Source: an uncultured virus (IMG/VR IMGVR_UViG_3300021185_002503) (lineage: Duplodnaviria; Heunggongvirae; Uroviricota; Caudoviricetes). From it: 64,000 bases of DNA. A program made the position numbers and the translations under genes. Shown piece by piece: positions 9,859 through 20,408 of the stretch (position 1 is its first letter; every line of letters begins with the position of its first letter). The notes below the pieces were generated by a model that saw only the letters and a program-made list of their open reading frames with translations, ran no database searches and was not told the DNA's origin. The stretch lies in IMG/VR virus record IMGVR_UViG_3300021185_002503; one strand, 5' to 3'.

Positions 9859-11553
9859 ATGGCATTTCAAGTATCACCAGGCGTTCAAGTCAAGGAAATT
9901 GACGCAACGAACGTAGTTCCAGCCGTATCAACCAGCATTGGTGGATTCGCAGGAGCATTCGTCTGGGGTCCAGCACATGAGGTTGTAACCGTAGGTTCTG
10001 AAAACGAACTAGCTGAAAAGTTCGGTGCACCCATTGATGCAGACACAGCGAAACACTTTTTGAATGCGGCATCTTTTTTAAAGTATGGTAACGCATTAAA
10101 AGTGGTTAGAGGAGTTGGAGCAGCACTAAACGCTACAGGCGGGACGGCTGGAAGACTCGTATCTAACGAAACAGAGTATGACCAAGCAACACTAGCGACC
10201 GGCACAGACGGTCAATGGATTGCTAAATACCCTGGCGCTATTGGTAATTCCCTTCAAGTAGAAGTTTGTACTAACGCAGCTGGATTCGGAACATGGGCCC
10301 ATAAAGGCCAATTCGAAGCAGCACCTAGTACATCCGATTACGTAAAAGGAAAAGGATTAGCAGCAGGCGCGGACGAAATGCATATAGCAGTAATTGATGA
10401 AGAAGGCCTATTTACTGGCACAAGAGGAACTGTATTAGAAACTTTTAGTTTCCTATCACAGGCTTCTGACGCTAAGGATAGTTCAGGTTCTTCATTATTT
10501 TACAAAGACGTCATTAATAACAAATCAGAATATATCTGGTGGGCAACCCACGATACAGGATTAACAAAAGCAGGAGACACAGTTGCAGAATTGAAGGCAG
10601 CAAGTGGTTCCGCTTATGTTACATCTGATACCGTATTGGTTGAAGACCTAGGTTTAGGAGTATCTGATAACGCCCTAACTGCAGGCGAAGTATCGACTGC
10701 ATTAGATTATTTAGCCGATGGTGAAACAGTAGATGTAAATTTATTGTTTGCAGCACCTGATGCTGATGGTGTAGATACTATCGGAGAAAAACTGATTTCT
10801 ATAGCCGAGGCAAGAAAAGATTGTATAGCATTCATTTCACCTCCTATAGACGATTCAACTGGAACAGACCCAGTTACTGACGTTGTAGCGTATGCAAATT
10901 TATTACCGTCAACATCTTACGCATCATTAGATAGTGGTGCTGTATATTTGTATGACAAATACAACGATGTATATAGATGGATTGGAAGTAACGGCCTGTG
11001 TGCAGGTCTTTGTGCTAACACCGATTCAGTAGCTGACGCATGGTTCTCACCAGCAGGTGTGAATAGAGGTCAATTACTAGGTGTAGCAAAATTAGCTTAC
11101 AACCCAACTAAAGCTCAAAGAGACACACTTTATAAGGCAAGGATTAATCCATTAGTTTCTTTCCCAGGTCAAGGTACAATGCTTTTTGGTGATAAAACAC
11201 TATTAAGTAGAGCATCAGCCTTTGATAGAATTAATGTAAGAAGATTATTCATTGTTATAGAGAAAGCGATTTCAACAGCTGCTAAATCACAACTATTTGA
11301 ATTCAATGACGAATTCACAAGAGCTCAGTTTAGAAATTTACTAGAGCCATTCTTGAGAGATGTGAAAGGCAGAAGAGGAATTACAGATTTCTTAGTGGTT
11401 TGCGATGAGTCAAACAATACCGGACAAGTAATAGATACAAATAGATTTGTAGCTGACATTTTTGTTAAGCCTGCAAGGTCTATTAACTTTATTACTCTTA
11501 ATTTTATTGCAACAAGAACCGGAGTCGACTTTACTGAAGTCGCTGGCGGATAA
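9859..11553 (+). CDS. gp18: Tail sheath protein gp18
   Basis: SPGVQVKEID, WFSPAG, FDRINVRRLF. Confidence 0.95.
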   Translation: MAFQVSPGVQVKEIDATNVVPAVSTSIGGFAGAFVWGPAHEVVTVGSENELAEKFGAPIDADTAKHFLNAASFLKYGNALKVVRGVGAALNATGGTAGRLVSNETEYDQATLATGTDGQWIAKYPGAIGNSLQVEVCTNAAGFGTWAHKGQFEAAPSTSDYVKGKGLAAGADEMHIAVIDEEGLFTGTRGTVLETFSFLSQASDAKDSSGSSLFYKDVINNKSEYIWWATHDTGLTKAGDTVAELKAASGSAYVTSDTVLVEDLGLGVSDNALTAGEVSTALDYLADGETVDVNLLFAAPDADGVDTIGEKLISIAEARKDCIAFISPPIDDSTGTDPVTDVVAYANLLPSTSYASLDSGAVYLYDKYNDVYRWIGSNGLCAGLCANTDSVADAWFSPAGVNRGQLLGVAKLAYNPTKAQRDTLYKARINPLVSFPGQGTMLFGDKTLLSRASAFDRINVRRLFIVIEKAISTAAKSQLFEFNDEFTRAQFRNLLEPFLRDVKGRRGITDFLVVCDESNNTGQVIDTNRFVADIFVKPARSINFITLNFIATRTGVDFTEVAGG

Positions 11554-11565
11554 TAGGAGAATAAC

Positions 11566-12093
11566 ATGGCAATTTTAGGCATAGACGATTTTAAATCGAA
11601 GCTAGTAGGGGGCGGTGCAAGACCCAACCTTTTCAAAGTAACATGTAATTTTCCAGGCTATGCACAGGGTGATGTAGAATTAACATCATTTATGTGTAAG
11701 GCTGCTCAATTACCTGCATCCGTTCTTACCAATATCGAAGTTCCTTTTAGAGGAAGAAAACTAAACATGGCTGGCGATAGGTCTTTTGAACCTTGGACAA
11801 TTACTGTTTATAACGATATCGATTTTGGTGTTAGAGACGCATTTGAAAGATGGAGCAATGGTATTAATGCACATAGTGCAAATACAGGGCTTGCAAACCC
11901 AACGGATTATATGGCTGATATGATTGTAGAACAATTAGATAACAGCGGTAATCCAGTTAAAAAATACGACTTTAGAGGAGCGTATCCAACAAACATTGGA
12001 GCTATCGAATTAAGTTACGATGAAGCTTCAGCGATTGAAGAATTCACAGTAGAATTAAACATTCAATACTGGGAATCTAATACGACTTCGTAA
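11566..12093 (+). CDS. gp19: Tail tube protein gp19
   Basis: GGGARPNLF, FRGRKLNMAGDRSFEPWT. Confidence 0.95.
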   Translation: MAILGIDDFKSKLVGGGARPNLFKVTCNFPGYAQGDVELTSFMCKAAQLPASVLTNIEVPFRGRKLNMAGDRSFEPWTITVYNDIDFGVRDAFERWSNGINAHSANTGLANPTDYMADMIVEQLDNSGNPVKKYDFRGAYPTNIGAIELSYDEASAIEEFTVELNIQYWESNTTS

Positions 12094-12152
12094 GGTTATA
12101 AATAATATTTGAGGAGGGATTAATTTCCCTCCGATAATATTTGAGGATAAAC

Positions 12153-13661
12153 ATGGCAGAATTTTTTGGTTTTGAAATAAAACGTAAAGGTTCAAACACA
12201 GGCGTAGATACAGTCAGACCATCATTTGTACCTAATACAGATGAAGATGGTGCTGGTGTAATTCAAGCAGGTGGTCATTTTGGTGCTTACCTAGATTTAG
12301 ATGGTGACAAGGCTAAAAATGAAATTGAACTTATTTACAAATACAGAGACATAGCGTCACAGCCCGAGTGCGATGCCGCTATTGAAGATATAGTGAATGA
12401 AGCCATTATTGGCGATAATGTAGAAGTTCCCGTTAGATTAGTTTTAGACCAAGTGGAAGCTTCGGATAAAATTAAAAAGACATTACAAGAAGAATTTCAA
12501 CACATATTAGGCTTATTAAACTTTAACCAATACGCGCACGATATTTTTAGAAGATGGTATGTTGATGGTAGATTACCATATCATATTATTATTGATTCTG
12601 AAAACGCGAAAAGTGGTATTAAAGAATTAAGATATATTGACCCTACTAAATTAAGAAAGGTCAAAGAAATAGAAGAGGAAGAAGACCCAAAGACTGGTGC
12701 AAAATTAATTAAGAAGCAAAAAGAATACTTCTTATTCCAGGACAATAAAATGGGTAATCATAATCAGGGATTAAAAATTCACCCTGATGCAATTGCATAT
12801 TGTACATCTGGTGTATTAGATACAAGCAGAAAAAGAATTTTATCATATTTGCAAAAGGCAATTAAACCAGTTAACCAATTAAGAATGATGGAAGATTCAT
12901 TGGTTATCTACAGAATTTCAAGAGCTCCTGAAAGAAGAATATTCTATATCGATGTTGGTAACTTACCAAAAGGTAAAGCAGAAGAATATTTGAAAAACAT
13001 TATGGGTCAGTATAGAAACAAACTGATTTATGATGCTAAAACAGGAGATATTAAAGACGATAAGAAACATATGTCAATGTTAGAGGACTTTTTCTTACCT
13101 CGTAGAGAAGGTGGAAGAGGAACAGAAATCTCAACATTACCTGGTGGCGAAAACCTAGGACAGATTGATGATATTATATACTTCCAAAAGAAACTATATA
13201 AATCACTTAATGTTCCAATGAATAGGTTAGAACAAGAAGCTCAGTTTAGTTTAGGTAGAGCTTCAGAAATAACCAGGGACGAAGTTAAGTTTAAAAAATT
13301 CATCGATAGATGTAGAAAAAGATTCTCCGATATATTCATGCAGTTATTAAAAACCCAATTATTATTAAAAGGGATTATAACTAAAGATGATTGGAATAAT
13401 TGGAAGAATCAAATTAGCTATAACTTTATCGAAGACAATTATTTCGCAGAGCTAAAACAAGCAGAAATCTGGAGAGAAAGATTCGATATGTTAGGTGCTC
13501 TTGATGAATATGTGGGAACATTTATTTCTAATGAATGGGTTAGAAAAAATGTATTACAATTTGATGATGAAGATATTAAAGATATCCAGAAACAAATTGA
13601 TAAAGAGAAAAAAGCTGGAGACGATATGGCTCCTGACCCAGATGACCCACGTTGGGCATAG
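12153..13661 (+). CDS. gp20: Portal protein gp20
   Basis: IYRISRAPERRIFYIDVGNLPKGKAE, LPRREGGRGTEI. Confidence 0.95.
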   Translation: MAEFFGFEIKRKGSNTGVDTVRPSFVPNTDEDGAGVIQAGGHFGAYLDLDGDKAKNEIELIYKYRDIASQPECDAAIEDIVNEAIIGDNVEVPVRLVLDQVEASDKIKKTLQEEFQHILGLLNFNQYAHDIFRRWYVDGRLPYHIIIDSENAKSGIKELRYIDPTKLRKVKEIEEEEDPKTGAKLIKKQKEYFLFQDNKMGNHNQGLKIHPDAIAYCTSGVLDTSRKRILSYLQKAIKPVNQLRMMEDSLVIYRISRAPERRIFYIDVGNLPKGKAEEYLKNIMGQYRNKLIYDAKTGDIKDDKKHMSMLEDFFLPRREGGRGTEISTLPGGENLGQIDDIIYFQKKLYKSLNVPMNRLEQEAQFSLGRASEITRDEVKFKKFIDRCRKRFSDIFMQLLKTQLLLKGIITKDDWNNWKNQISYNFIEDNYFAELKQAEIWRERFDMLGALDEYVGTFISNEWVRKNVLQFDDEDIKDIQKQIDKEKKAGDDMAPDPDDPRWA

Positions 13662-13694
13662 TAATCTTATAAATATATACAGAAGGAAAAAATT

Positions 13695-13874
13695 ATGAAT
13701 GTTGAAAATTTAATTAAAGCTTTAAATGATGGTGATAATGTAACGGCACAAAAGGAGTTTGAAACTGCTATGGGCCAAAAGATATCCGACGCTCTAGACG
13801 CCAAAAAGATTGATATTGCATCAGGAATGGTAAATAGAGACGAGGTTATTACACAAACCGCAGATAACGAATAA
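13695..13874 (+). CDS. Small prohead core protein (gp67/gp68-position), 59 aa; not in the ORF track
   Basis: MNVENLIKALNDGDNVTAQKEFETAMGQKISDALDAKKIDIA...; late promoter and AGGA upstream; TAATG overlap with gp21. Confidence 0.75.
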   Translation: MNVENLIKALNDGDNVTAQKEFETAMGQKISDALDAKKIDIASGMVNRDEVITQTADNE

Positions 13875-14530
13875 TGAAATTAATAGCAGAATACATCGAT
13901 AGCGATTTAGAGGTTATCGAAGAAAAAGTAAACGGTAAAAAGTCACTTGCAATCGAAGGCGTATTCATGCAAGCGGACCAAAAGAACCGTAATGGCCGTA
14001 TATACGAGAAAGGTATTCTCGAAGCGGCGGTAAACAAATATGTAACAGAACAAGTAAAGACTGGTAGAGCGGTCGGTGAATTAAATCACCCAGATGGACC
14101 GACTATCAATCTTGATAAAGTTTCACACAAAATTACAGACCTCAAATGGGAAGGAAGTAATGTTGTTGGAAAGGCTTCAATCTTAGACACCCCTATGGGA
14201 CAAATCGTAAAAGGTTTATTAGAGGGTGGAGTTAAGCTTGGGGTATCAAGTCGTGGTATGGGTAGTCTTGTGAATAAGAAAGGTACAACCTATGTAAATA
14301 ACGACTTTCTATTAGCAACCGTTGATATTGTTCAGGACCCTAGTGCTCCTGAAGCATTTGTTAATGGTATAATGGAAGGCGTAGATTGGATATGGGAAAA
14401 TGGTGTGCTGGTTCCACAAGAAATTGAAGAAATTGAGACTGAAATAACGAGGGCTAGGAAAGTAGGCGATTCAAACGTTGAAATCAAAGCATTCAAAAGT
14501 TTCCTCTCTAAACTAAACTCTAAAATATAG
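13874..14530 (+). CDS. gp21: Prohead protease gp21
   Basis: NRNGRIY, GELNHP, GVSSRGMGS, DIVQDPSAPEA. Confidence 0.95.
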   Translation: MKLIAEYIDSDLEVIEEKVNGKKSLAIEGVFMQADQKNRNGRIYEKGILEAAVNKYVTEQVKTGRAVGELNHPDGPTINLDKVSHKITDLKWEGSNVVGKASILDTPMGQIVKGLLEGGVKLGVSSRGMGSLVNKKGTTYVNNDFLLATVDIVQDPSAPEAFVNGIMEGVDWIWENGVLVPQEIEEIETEITRARKVGDSNVEIKAFKSFLSKLNSKI

Positions 14531-14539
14531 GAGAACGTT

Positions 14540-15655
14540 ATGTCACTCGAAGATGTAAAAAACGAAAATCTAGTCGAAGAGGATGTGGCTGAAGAGCTTC
14601 AAGAGGAAGAGCTCGTTCAAGATGAGAATTTAGACGAGGAATCTCTAGAAGAGGATAAGAAAAAGGAAGAAGTAGAAGAAGGCGGACACGAAGAGGAAGA
14701 AGAGGAAGAAGAAAAAGAATCTAAAGCCGAAGCCGTTTCCGTACCTAAAACTAAAGCCGGTGTTATCCAAGCAGCAGTCGAAATCCTAAAACAAGCTAGA
14801 AAAGAAGATGCGCAAAAACTCTTTGCAAAGATGACGAAAATGGATGAGTCAGAAGATGACGGTTCAGTTAAAAAGGCTGTTAATGCAGCTCCTAAAGCTG
14901 CAGCACCAAGTGTTAAAGCGAAGGTAGAATCAACTGACTTTGACGAAGATTTAGATGCACTAATCTCAGAAGAAGCAACTCTTTCCGATGAATTCAAAGG
15001 AAAAGCAGGAGCTATTTTTGAAGCTGTGTTAACATCTAAGCTTTCACAACACATCGAAAATCTTGATGCAGAGTATGCACAAAACCTAGAAGAAGAGGTA
15101 TCTGAAATTCAATCAAACTTAGTAGAGAAGGTAGATTCATATCTTAACTATGTAGTTGAAAATTGGATGAAGGAAAATGAAGTTTCAGTAACTAATGGTT
15201 TAAGAACCGAAATTGCTGAAGAGTTCATGTCTTCTTTACAAACAGTGTTCAAAGAACATTATATTGAAGTTCCAGAAGGTAAAGTTGACCTTGTTGATGA
15301 TTTATCAGCACAAGTCAATGAGCTAGAGGAGCAGCTCAATAAATCCACAGATGATAATATCAAACTACATCAATCAGTTCAAGATTTTGAAAAGAACGAA
15401 GTAGTAAGAGAACAATCATCAGGGCTTGCTGAAACTGAAGCTGAGAAATTAGCATCATTAGTTGAAGATATCGAATTTGATAGCAGAGAATCTTTCGAAA
15501 TGAAAGTTAAAACTGTTAAAGAATCATACTTTACTAAAGATTCTAACGAAGCGGCTGATGAAGTAGCTAGTGTTATTGGAGAAGATTCAATCGATATCGA
15601 TTTATCAGACCCAATGGCTAGATACACACAAGCTATAACTAAATTTAATAAATAA
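14540..15655 (+). CDS. gp22: Prohead core/scaffold gp22
   Basis: Acidic coiled coil; KVDSYLNYVVENW; lies between gp21 and gp23. Confidence 0.9.
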   Translation: MSLEDVKNENLVEEDVAEELQEEELVQDENLDEESLEEDKKKEEVEEGGHEEEEEEEEKESKAEAVSVPKTKAGVIQAAVEILKQARKEDAQKLFAKMTKMDESEDDGSVKKAVNAAPKAAAPSVKAKVESTDFDEDLDALISEEATLSDEFKGKAGAIFEAVLTSKLSQHIENLDAEYAQNLEEEVSEIQSNLVEKVDSYLNYVVENWMKENEVSVTNGLRTEIAEEFMSSLQTVFKEHYIEVPEGKVDLVDDLSAQVNELEEQLNKSTDDNIKLHQSVQDFEKNEVVREQSSGLAETEAEKLASLVEDIEFDSRESFEMKVKTVKESYFTKDSNEAADEVASVIGEDSIDIDLSDPMARYTQAITKFNK

Positions 15656-15673
15656 CTATAGGGAAAAACGAAA

Positions 15674-16987
15674 ATGTTTAATGCAGATTCACAATTAATA
15701 GAAAAATGGGGTCCCGTTTTAGAGCACGAAAGTGCACCTGAAATTAAGGACAGATATAAGAGAGCAGTAACAGCTCGCTTATTAGAAAACCAGGAAGTTG
15801 CCCTAAGACAAGAAGCAGCACAAATGCAAGGTAATATGATTTCTGAAACAGCAGCTAACGCTACTGGTTCAAACGTATCAAACTTTGACCCTGTGCTTAT
15901 CTCTCTTGTTAGAAGAGCAATGCCTAACTTAATCGCTTATGATATCTGTGGTGTTCAGCCAATGACTGGACCTACTGGATTAATCTTCGCGATGAAATCA
16001 AAATACTCAACTCAAGGCGGAACAGAGGCTTTATTTAATGAAGCTGATACCGACTTCTCAGGAGCTGGTACTCATCAAGCTGAACCAACAGGTTTAGGTG
16101 GAGTAACTGATGCTGATACCGATGGAACAATCGCTGACGAAAGTGATACAGTTTCTACATTCGGTGCTGGTATGACTACAGCTGCTTCTGAAGCACTAGG
16201 TAATACTGGTGGCGCATTTGGCGAGATGGCTTTCTCAATCGAAAAAGCTACAGTTGAAGCTAAGTCAAGAGCTTTAAAAGCTGAGTACACAATGGAATTA
16301 GCACAAGACCTTAAAGCAATCCACGGCCTGGATGCTGAAGGCGAATTAGCGAATATCTTATCTGCTGAAATCTTAGCTGAAATCAACAGAGAAGTAGTTA
16401 GAACTATTCTAACAAAAGCTAAAATCGGTGCTACACAAAGTTCAACAGCAGTATCTGGTATCTTTGATGTCGCTACAGACTCAGACGGCAGATGGATGGT
16501 TGAGAAATTTAAAGGTCTAATCATGCAACTCGAAAGAGAAGCTAACGTAATTGCTAAAGAAACAAGAAGAGGCAAAGGTAACTTTGTAATCGTTTCTTCA
16601 GACGTAGCTTCAGCTTTAGCAGCTGCTGGTCAAATGGATTACACTCCTGCATTATCAACAGACTTAAATGTTGATGATACTGGTAACACATTCGCTGGTG
16701 TTCTTAATGGTAAATTAAAGGTCTATATCGACCCTTATGCAACTGTTGACTTCGCTTGTGTAGGTTACAGAGGTTCAAATCCTTATGACGCTGGTCTTTT
16801 CTACTGCCCATACGTACCTTTAACCATGGTTAAAGCTGTTGGGGAGAGTGATTTCCAACCAAGAATCGGATTCAAAACAAGATATGGAATGCAACAAAAT
16901 CCATTTGTAGGCAACGCATCAGGCGCTGGTACAGATAGAGCTAACCCATACTTCAGAATCTTCAGAATTGATGACATCATGGTGTAA
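15674..16987 (+). CDS. gp23: Major capsid protein gp23
   Basis: LVRRAMPNLIAYDICGVQPMTGPTGLIFA, ELAQDLKAIHG, YCPYVPL. Confidence 0.97.
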   Translation: MFNADSQLIEKWGPVLEHESAPEIKDRYKRAVTARLLENQEVALRQEAAQMQGNMISETAANATGSNVSNFDPVLISLVRRAMPNLIAYDICGVQPMTGPTGLIFAMKSKYSTQGGTEALFNEADTDFSGAGTHQAEPTGLGGVTDADTDGTIADESDTVSTFGAGMTTAASEALGNTGGAFGEMAFSIEKATVEAKSRALKAEYTMELAQDLKAIHGLDAEGELANILSAEILAEINREVVRTILTKAKIGATQSSTAVSGIFDVATDSDGRWMVEKFKGLIMQLEREANVIAKETRRGKGNFVIVSSDVASALAAAGQMDYTPALSTDLNVDDTGNTFAGVLNGKLKVYIDPYATVDFACVGYRGSNPYDAGLFYCPYVPLTMVKAVGESDFQPRIGFKTRYGMQQNPFVGNASGAGTDRANPYFRIFRIDDIMV

Positions 16988-17014
16988 ACCTGATTAATTA
17001 ATCAGATTCATTTT

Positions 17015-17042
17015 AGAGGGGATTTTAAATCCCCTCTTTTTT
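17015..17042 (+). terminator. Rho-independent terminator after gp23
   Basis: AGAGGGGAT-ttta a-ATCCCCTCT followed by a T run. Confidence 0.85.
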
Positions 17043-17058
17043 GCTTATAAATAGATAT

Positions 17059-17520
17059 ATGAGTACATTAACTACAAACAAAAACTTTTTATCACCAGTC
17101 GGATTTCAGTTTTCTATTGATAGAGAACAATTTGCTAATGTAGAATATTTTTGCACAGCTGTAAATTTACCAGGAATCAATTTAGGAAACGTAGATTTAG
17201 GATATCGTGGCGGAACATTTACCGAAACAGGCGATAGGCTAGAATTTTCTGAATTATCGATTACATTTAATGTCACTGAAGACATGGATAATTATTTAGA
17301 AATCACTAATTGGATGCATCGTATAGTGAACCAAAAAGGTGATTTTAAATCTGATGCAACACTACTAATTATGAATTCTCATAATAACGTAGCAAAGGAA
17401 GTAAAATTCAATTCAGTATTTCCAATAAGTATTAGTGAATTATCCTTTGATACAGCAGGTGAAGTTGAATATTTAAAGGCTACGGTATCATTTCAATATA
17501 CCACATACGAATTTAAATAA
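17059..17520 (+). CDS. gp3: Tail tube terminator gp3-like
   Basis: NFLSPVGFQF, VNLPGI, FNVTEDMDNY; follows gp23 as in marine T4-like phages. Confidence 0.8.
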   Translation: MSTLTTNKNFLSPVGFQFSIDREQFANVEYFCTAVNLPGINLGNVDLGYRGGTFTETGDRLEFSELSITFNVTEDMDNYLEITNWMHRIVNQKGDFKSDATLLIMNSHNNVAKEVKFNSVFPISISELSFDTAGEVEYLKATVSFQYTTYEFK

Positions 17521-17524
17521 ACAC

Positions 17525-17553
17525 TGTACATATATCATTTTTAATGGTATAAT
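17525..17553 (+). promoter_or_regulatory. Early/middle sigma70-type promoter TGTACA-N17-TATAAT; further + copies start at 20928, 24370, 24416, 24674, 26912, 28365, 34312, 35159, 37740, 42094, 47531, 49396, 51350, 51638
   Basis: Exact 17-nt spacing checked in each copy; usually preceded by AAACAC and with TGG before the -10. Confidence 0.85.
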
Positions 17554-17583
17554 AATATTATATGATATGATTATGAGGAAATT

Positions 17584-18030
17584 ATGAATACATTAGAACA
17601 AATACATGAAATGTGGAAAAAAGATTGTCTTATTGACAAAATCGACCTGGACAAATCTGCCAGAGACTCAGCCAAACTCCATTCTAAATACCTAGAAATT
17701 TATTCGGTTAATAAGCTTAAAGTTAGAAAACTAGATAATGACTTTAAGGTACTACTTAAGAACAAATGGTTACATTATAACGGCAAATTGAGTAAAGAAG
17801 AAATTGATGACTTAGGATGGACATACGACCCTATGAATGGACTCACAGTTCTTAAAGGTGATATGGATAAGTTTTACGACTCTGACCCTATGATACAAGA
17901 CCATCAGGCCAAAATACAATACGCTCAAGAAATAGTTGATACACTAAAAGAAATCCTAGAAAACATTAAATGGCGACATCAGAATATTAAAAACATTATA
18001 GAATGGAATAAGTTTACTAGTGGAATATAA
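17584..18030 (+). CDS. uvsY: Recombination mediator UvsY
   Basis: KLHSKYL, WLHYNGK, IKNIIEWNKF. Confidence 0.85.
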   Translation: MNTLEQIHEMWKKDCLIDKIDLDKSARDSAKLHSKYLEIYSVNKLKVRKLDNDFKVLLKNKWLHYNGKLSKEEIDDLGWTYDPMNGLTVLKGDMDKFYDSDPMIQDHQAKIQYAQEIVDTLKEILENIKWRHQNIKNIIEWNKFTSGI

Positions 18031-18904
18031 GATACACCAATATCGGTACGATAATTTTTCAAAATTCGAAGCAATTATAAGAAGTGCTATGGAAGAATTA
18101 GGTCATACCGAAACTTCTGATTTATCTGCTGATGTTCATATCTATAACCATTGCCTTTTAAACGAAATATCTACTCAAGATAAAATTAATATTATTTTTA
18201 AACCTACTGCACCATCTGCAGATTATTTTGCACTAGATACTATAGGATATGCTGGTGCTTCAGAACTTGCCTTTGAAGAACCTGTTGAAGTTGGAGCAGT
18301 TGATTTTACTGATGCTTGGTCTATAGTAGATAAGTTAAAAAAAGATAAAGCTAATAAATGGGATGATTCTATATTACTAAAATGGAGAAAAGGTAAAAGA
18401 ACTAAAAGCGACCATATATTAGTAATCGGTCAAATGCCAGATGACGAAACAGTAACCAATTTTAGTTTTGGCGACCATACTAAAAAGTTAGAATCTATAT
18501 GTCGAACTTTAAAAGATGAAAGAAATGTAGTTTTAAAATTACATCCTAGATATAAACCAACAAAAGAATTTATAAAAAGAATAAAAAGCTATAATGTAGA
18601 AATTATAGATGGATTCATTAGCATTCACGATATATTACCTCACACTAAAGTAGCTATTATTGAGAATAGCACAGCAGGAATTGAGTGTATGATGCATGAT
18701 GTTCCTATTATTAGTTACGGTTATCCAGAGTATCATTGGGTTACCAAAAAATTACAATCACTAACACAATTACCATATTTAGTAAAAGATACTCATTGGT
18801 ATGATTCTGGTTATGCAATTAACTTCGTGTGTTGGTATATAAACCATTATCTTTGTAGAGATATAAATACAACTAGGAACCGATTAAGAGATTTTGAATT
18901 GTAA
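18020..18904 (+). CDS. GT-B/capsule-polysaccharide-modification-like protein
   Basis: LVIGQMPDD, LKLHP, NSTAGIECMMHDVPII (KpsC/KpsS-like motifs). Confidence 0.6.
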   Translation: MEYKIHQYRYDNFSKFEAIIRSAMEELGHTETSDLSADVHIYNHCLLNEISTQDKINIIFKPTAPSADYFALDTIGYAGASELAFEEPVEVGAVDFTDAWSIVDKLKKDKANKWDDSILLKWRKGKRTKSDHILVIGQMPDDETVTNFSFGDHTKKLESICRTLKDERNVVLKLHPRYKPTKEFIKRIKSYNVEIIDGFISIHDILPHTKVAIIENSTAGIECMMHDVPIISYGYPEYHWVTKKLQSLTQLPYLVKDTHWYDSGYAINFVCWYINHYLCRDINTTRNRLRDFEL

Positions 18905-20400
18905 TGGACATAATTGAAGTTAAAAAGCGAAACGAAGCTTTTTTAGAAATTAAAACAGAACCAAGCGTAGAACAAGAGTTATCAGAACACTTTTGTTTCT
19001 ATGTACCTGGTTATAAGTTTATGCCAGCATATAAAAATCGTATGTGGGATGGAAAAATACGATTATATGACATGAGAAAGAAAACTTTATATACTGGACT
19101 ATATAAGTATCTTACACAATTCGCAAATGAAAGGCAATACGATATTGTCTGTAAAGAAGATGCCTTCTATGGCACTCCTGACGAGGTACTAAACCACGAC
19201 ATAGACACCTTTTTGGCCCATTTGACGGCTAGCGTGAACGGAGAGGATATAACCCCTAGGGATTACCAAGTAGATGCCTTCTCGCTCTTGTTAAAAGAAA
19301 CTAAAAGCCTTTTACTATCACCAACTGCTTCTGGGAAGTCATTAATCATTTATATGGCATTGAGATATTACCTTGAAATGTACGAGGATAATGTGTTAAT
19401 AATTGTCCCTACTACATCATTGGTAGAACAGATGTATTCTGATTTTGCTGACTACTCAAGTAAGGACACTTGGGATTGTGATAAAAATTGTCATAGAATA
19501 TATGCAGGTAGAGACAAATATAACTATAAAAATAGAGTTACTATTACCACATGGCAATCAATCTATAAATTAGGGCCTCAATGGTTCCAAAAATTTGGTA
19601 TGGTTATAGGCGATGAAGCACATAATTTTAAAGCTAAATCACTTACGGCAATATTAGAAAAATGTACTGAAGCAAAATATAGGATTGGAACTACTGGTAC
19701 ACTCGATGGAACACAAACTCATCAGTTAGTATTAGAAGGATTATTTGGACCAGTTCATCAAGTCACGACGACGAAAAAATTAATGGACAATAAAGATTTA
19801 GCCAAATTAGATATTAAAATATTATTAATGAAATACGAAGATGCTATATGTAAAGAAATGGCTAAAAGAAAATACCAAGAAGAAGTAGATTATATTGTCA
19901 AATACATACCTAGGAATAAATTTATTTCTAACCTAGCATTAGACCAAAATGGTAATACACTAATATTATTTCAGTTTGTAGATAAACATGGTAAGCCATT
20001 GCATGATATGCTATCAGAAAAGATAAATAAAGATAGGAAACTTTTTTATGTATCAGGAGAAACAGATGTCGATACCAGAGAATCAATCCGTGAGATTACC
20101 GAGACGCAGACCAATGCCATTATTGTTGCTTCCATGGGTACCTTTTCTACTGGTATTAATATTCGTAATCTTCATAATATTATCTTTGCCAGCCCTACTA
20201 AAAGCCAAATTAGAGTCCTACAATCGATAGGACGAGGATTAAGAAAAAGTAATGATGGAAGAAATACTGTAGTTTATGATTTGGCTGATGATATGCATTG
20301 GAAATCAAAGAAGAATTATACATTAAACCATGCAGCCGAAAGAATTAAGATATACAGTAAAGAAAAATTTAATTACGAGATACACGAAGTAAAGATATAA
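18904..20400 (+). CDS. uvsW: SF2 DNA helicase UvsW
   Basis: WDGKIRL, SPTASGKS, DEAH, QSIGRGLR. Confidence 0.95.
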   Translation: MDIIEVKKRNEAFLEIKTEPSVEQELSEHFCFYVPGYKFMPAYKNRMWDGKIRLYDMRKKTLYTGLYKYLTQFANERQYDIVCKEDAFYGTPDEVLNHDIDTFLAHLTASVNGEDITPRDYQVDAFSLLLKETKSLLLSPTASGKSLIIYMALRYYLEMYEDNVLIIVPTTSLVEQMYSDFADYSSKDTWDCDKNCHRIYAGRDKYNYKNRVTITTWQSIYKLGPQWFQKFGMVIGDEAHNFKAKSLTAILEKCTEAKYRIGTTGTLDGTQTHQLVLEGLFGPVHQVTTTKKLMDNKDLAKLDIKILLMKYEDAICKEMAKRKYQEEVDYIVKYIPRNKFISNLALDQNGNTLILFQFVDKHGKPLHDMLSEKINKDRKLFYVSGETDVDTRESIREITETQTNAIIVASMGTFSTGINIRNLHNIIFASPTKSQIRVLQSIGRGLRKSNDGRNTVVYDLADDMHWKSKKNYTLNHAAERIKIYSKEKFNYEIHEVKI

Positions 20401-20408
20401 ATAGATAT

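Noticed and set aside
16990..17005. Perfect palindrome CTGATTAATTAATCAG after gp23
   Set aside because: A single AT-rich occurrence next to the terminator; no independent support for a separate function
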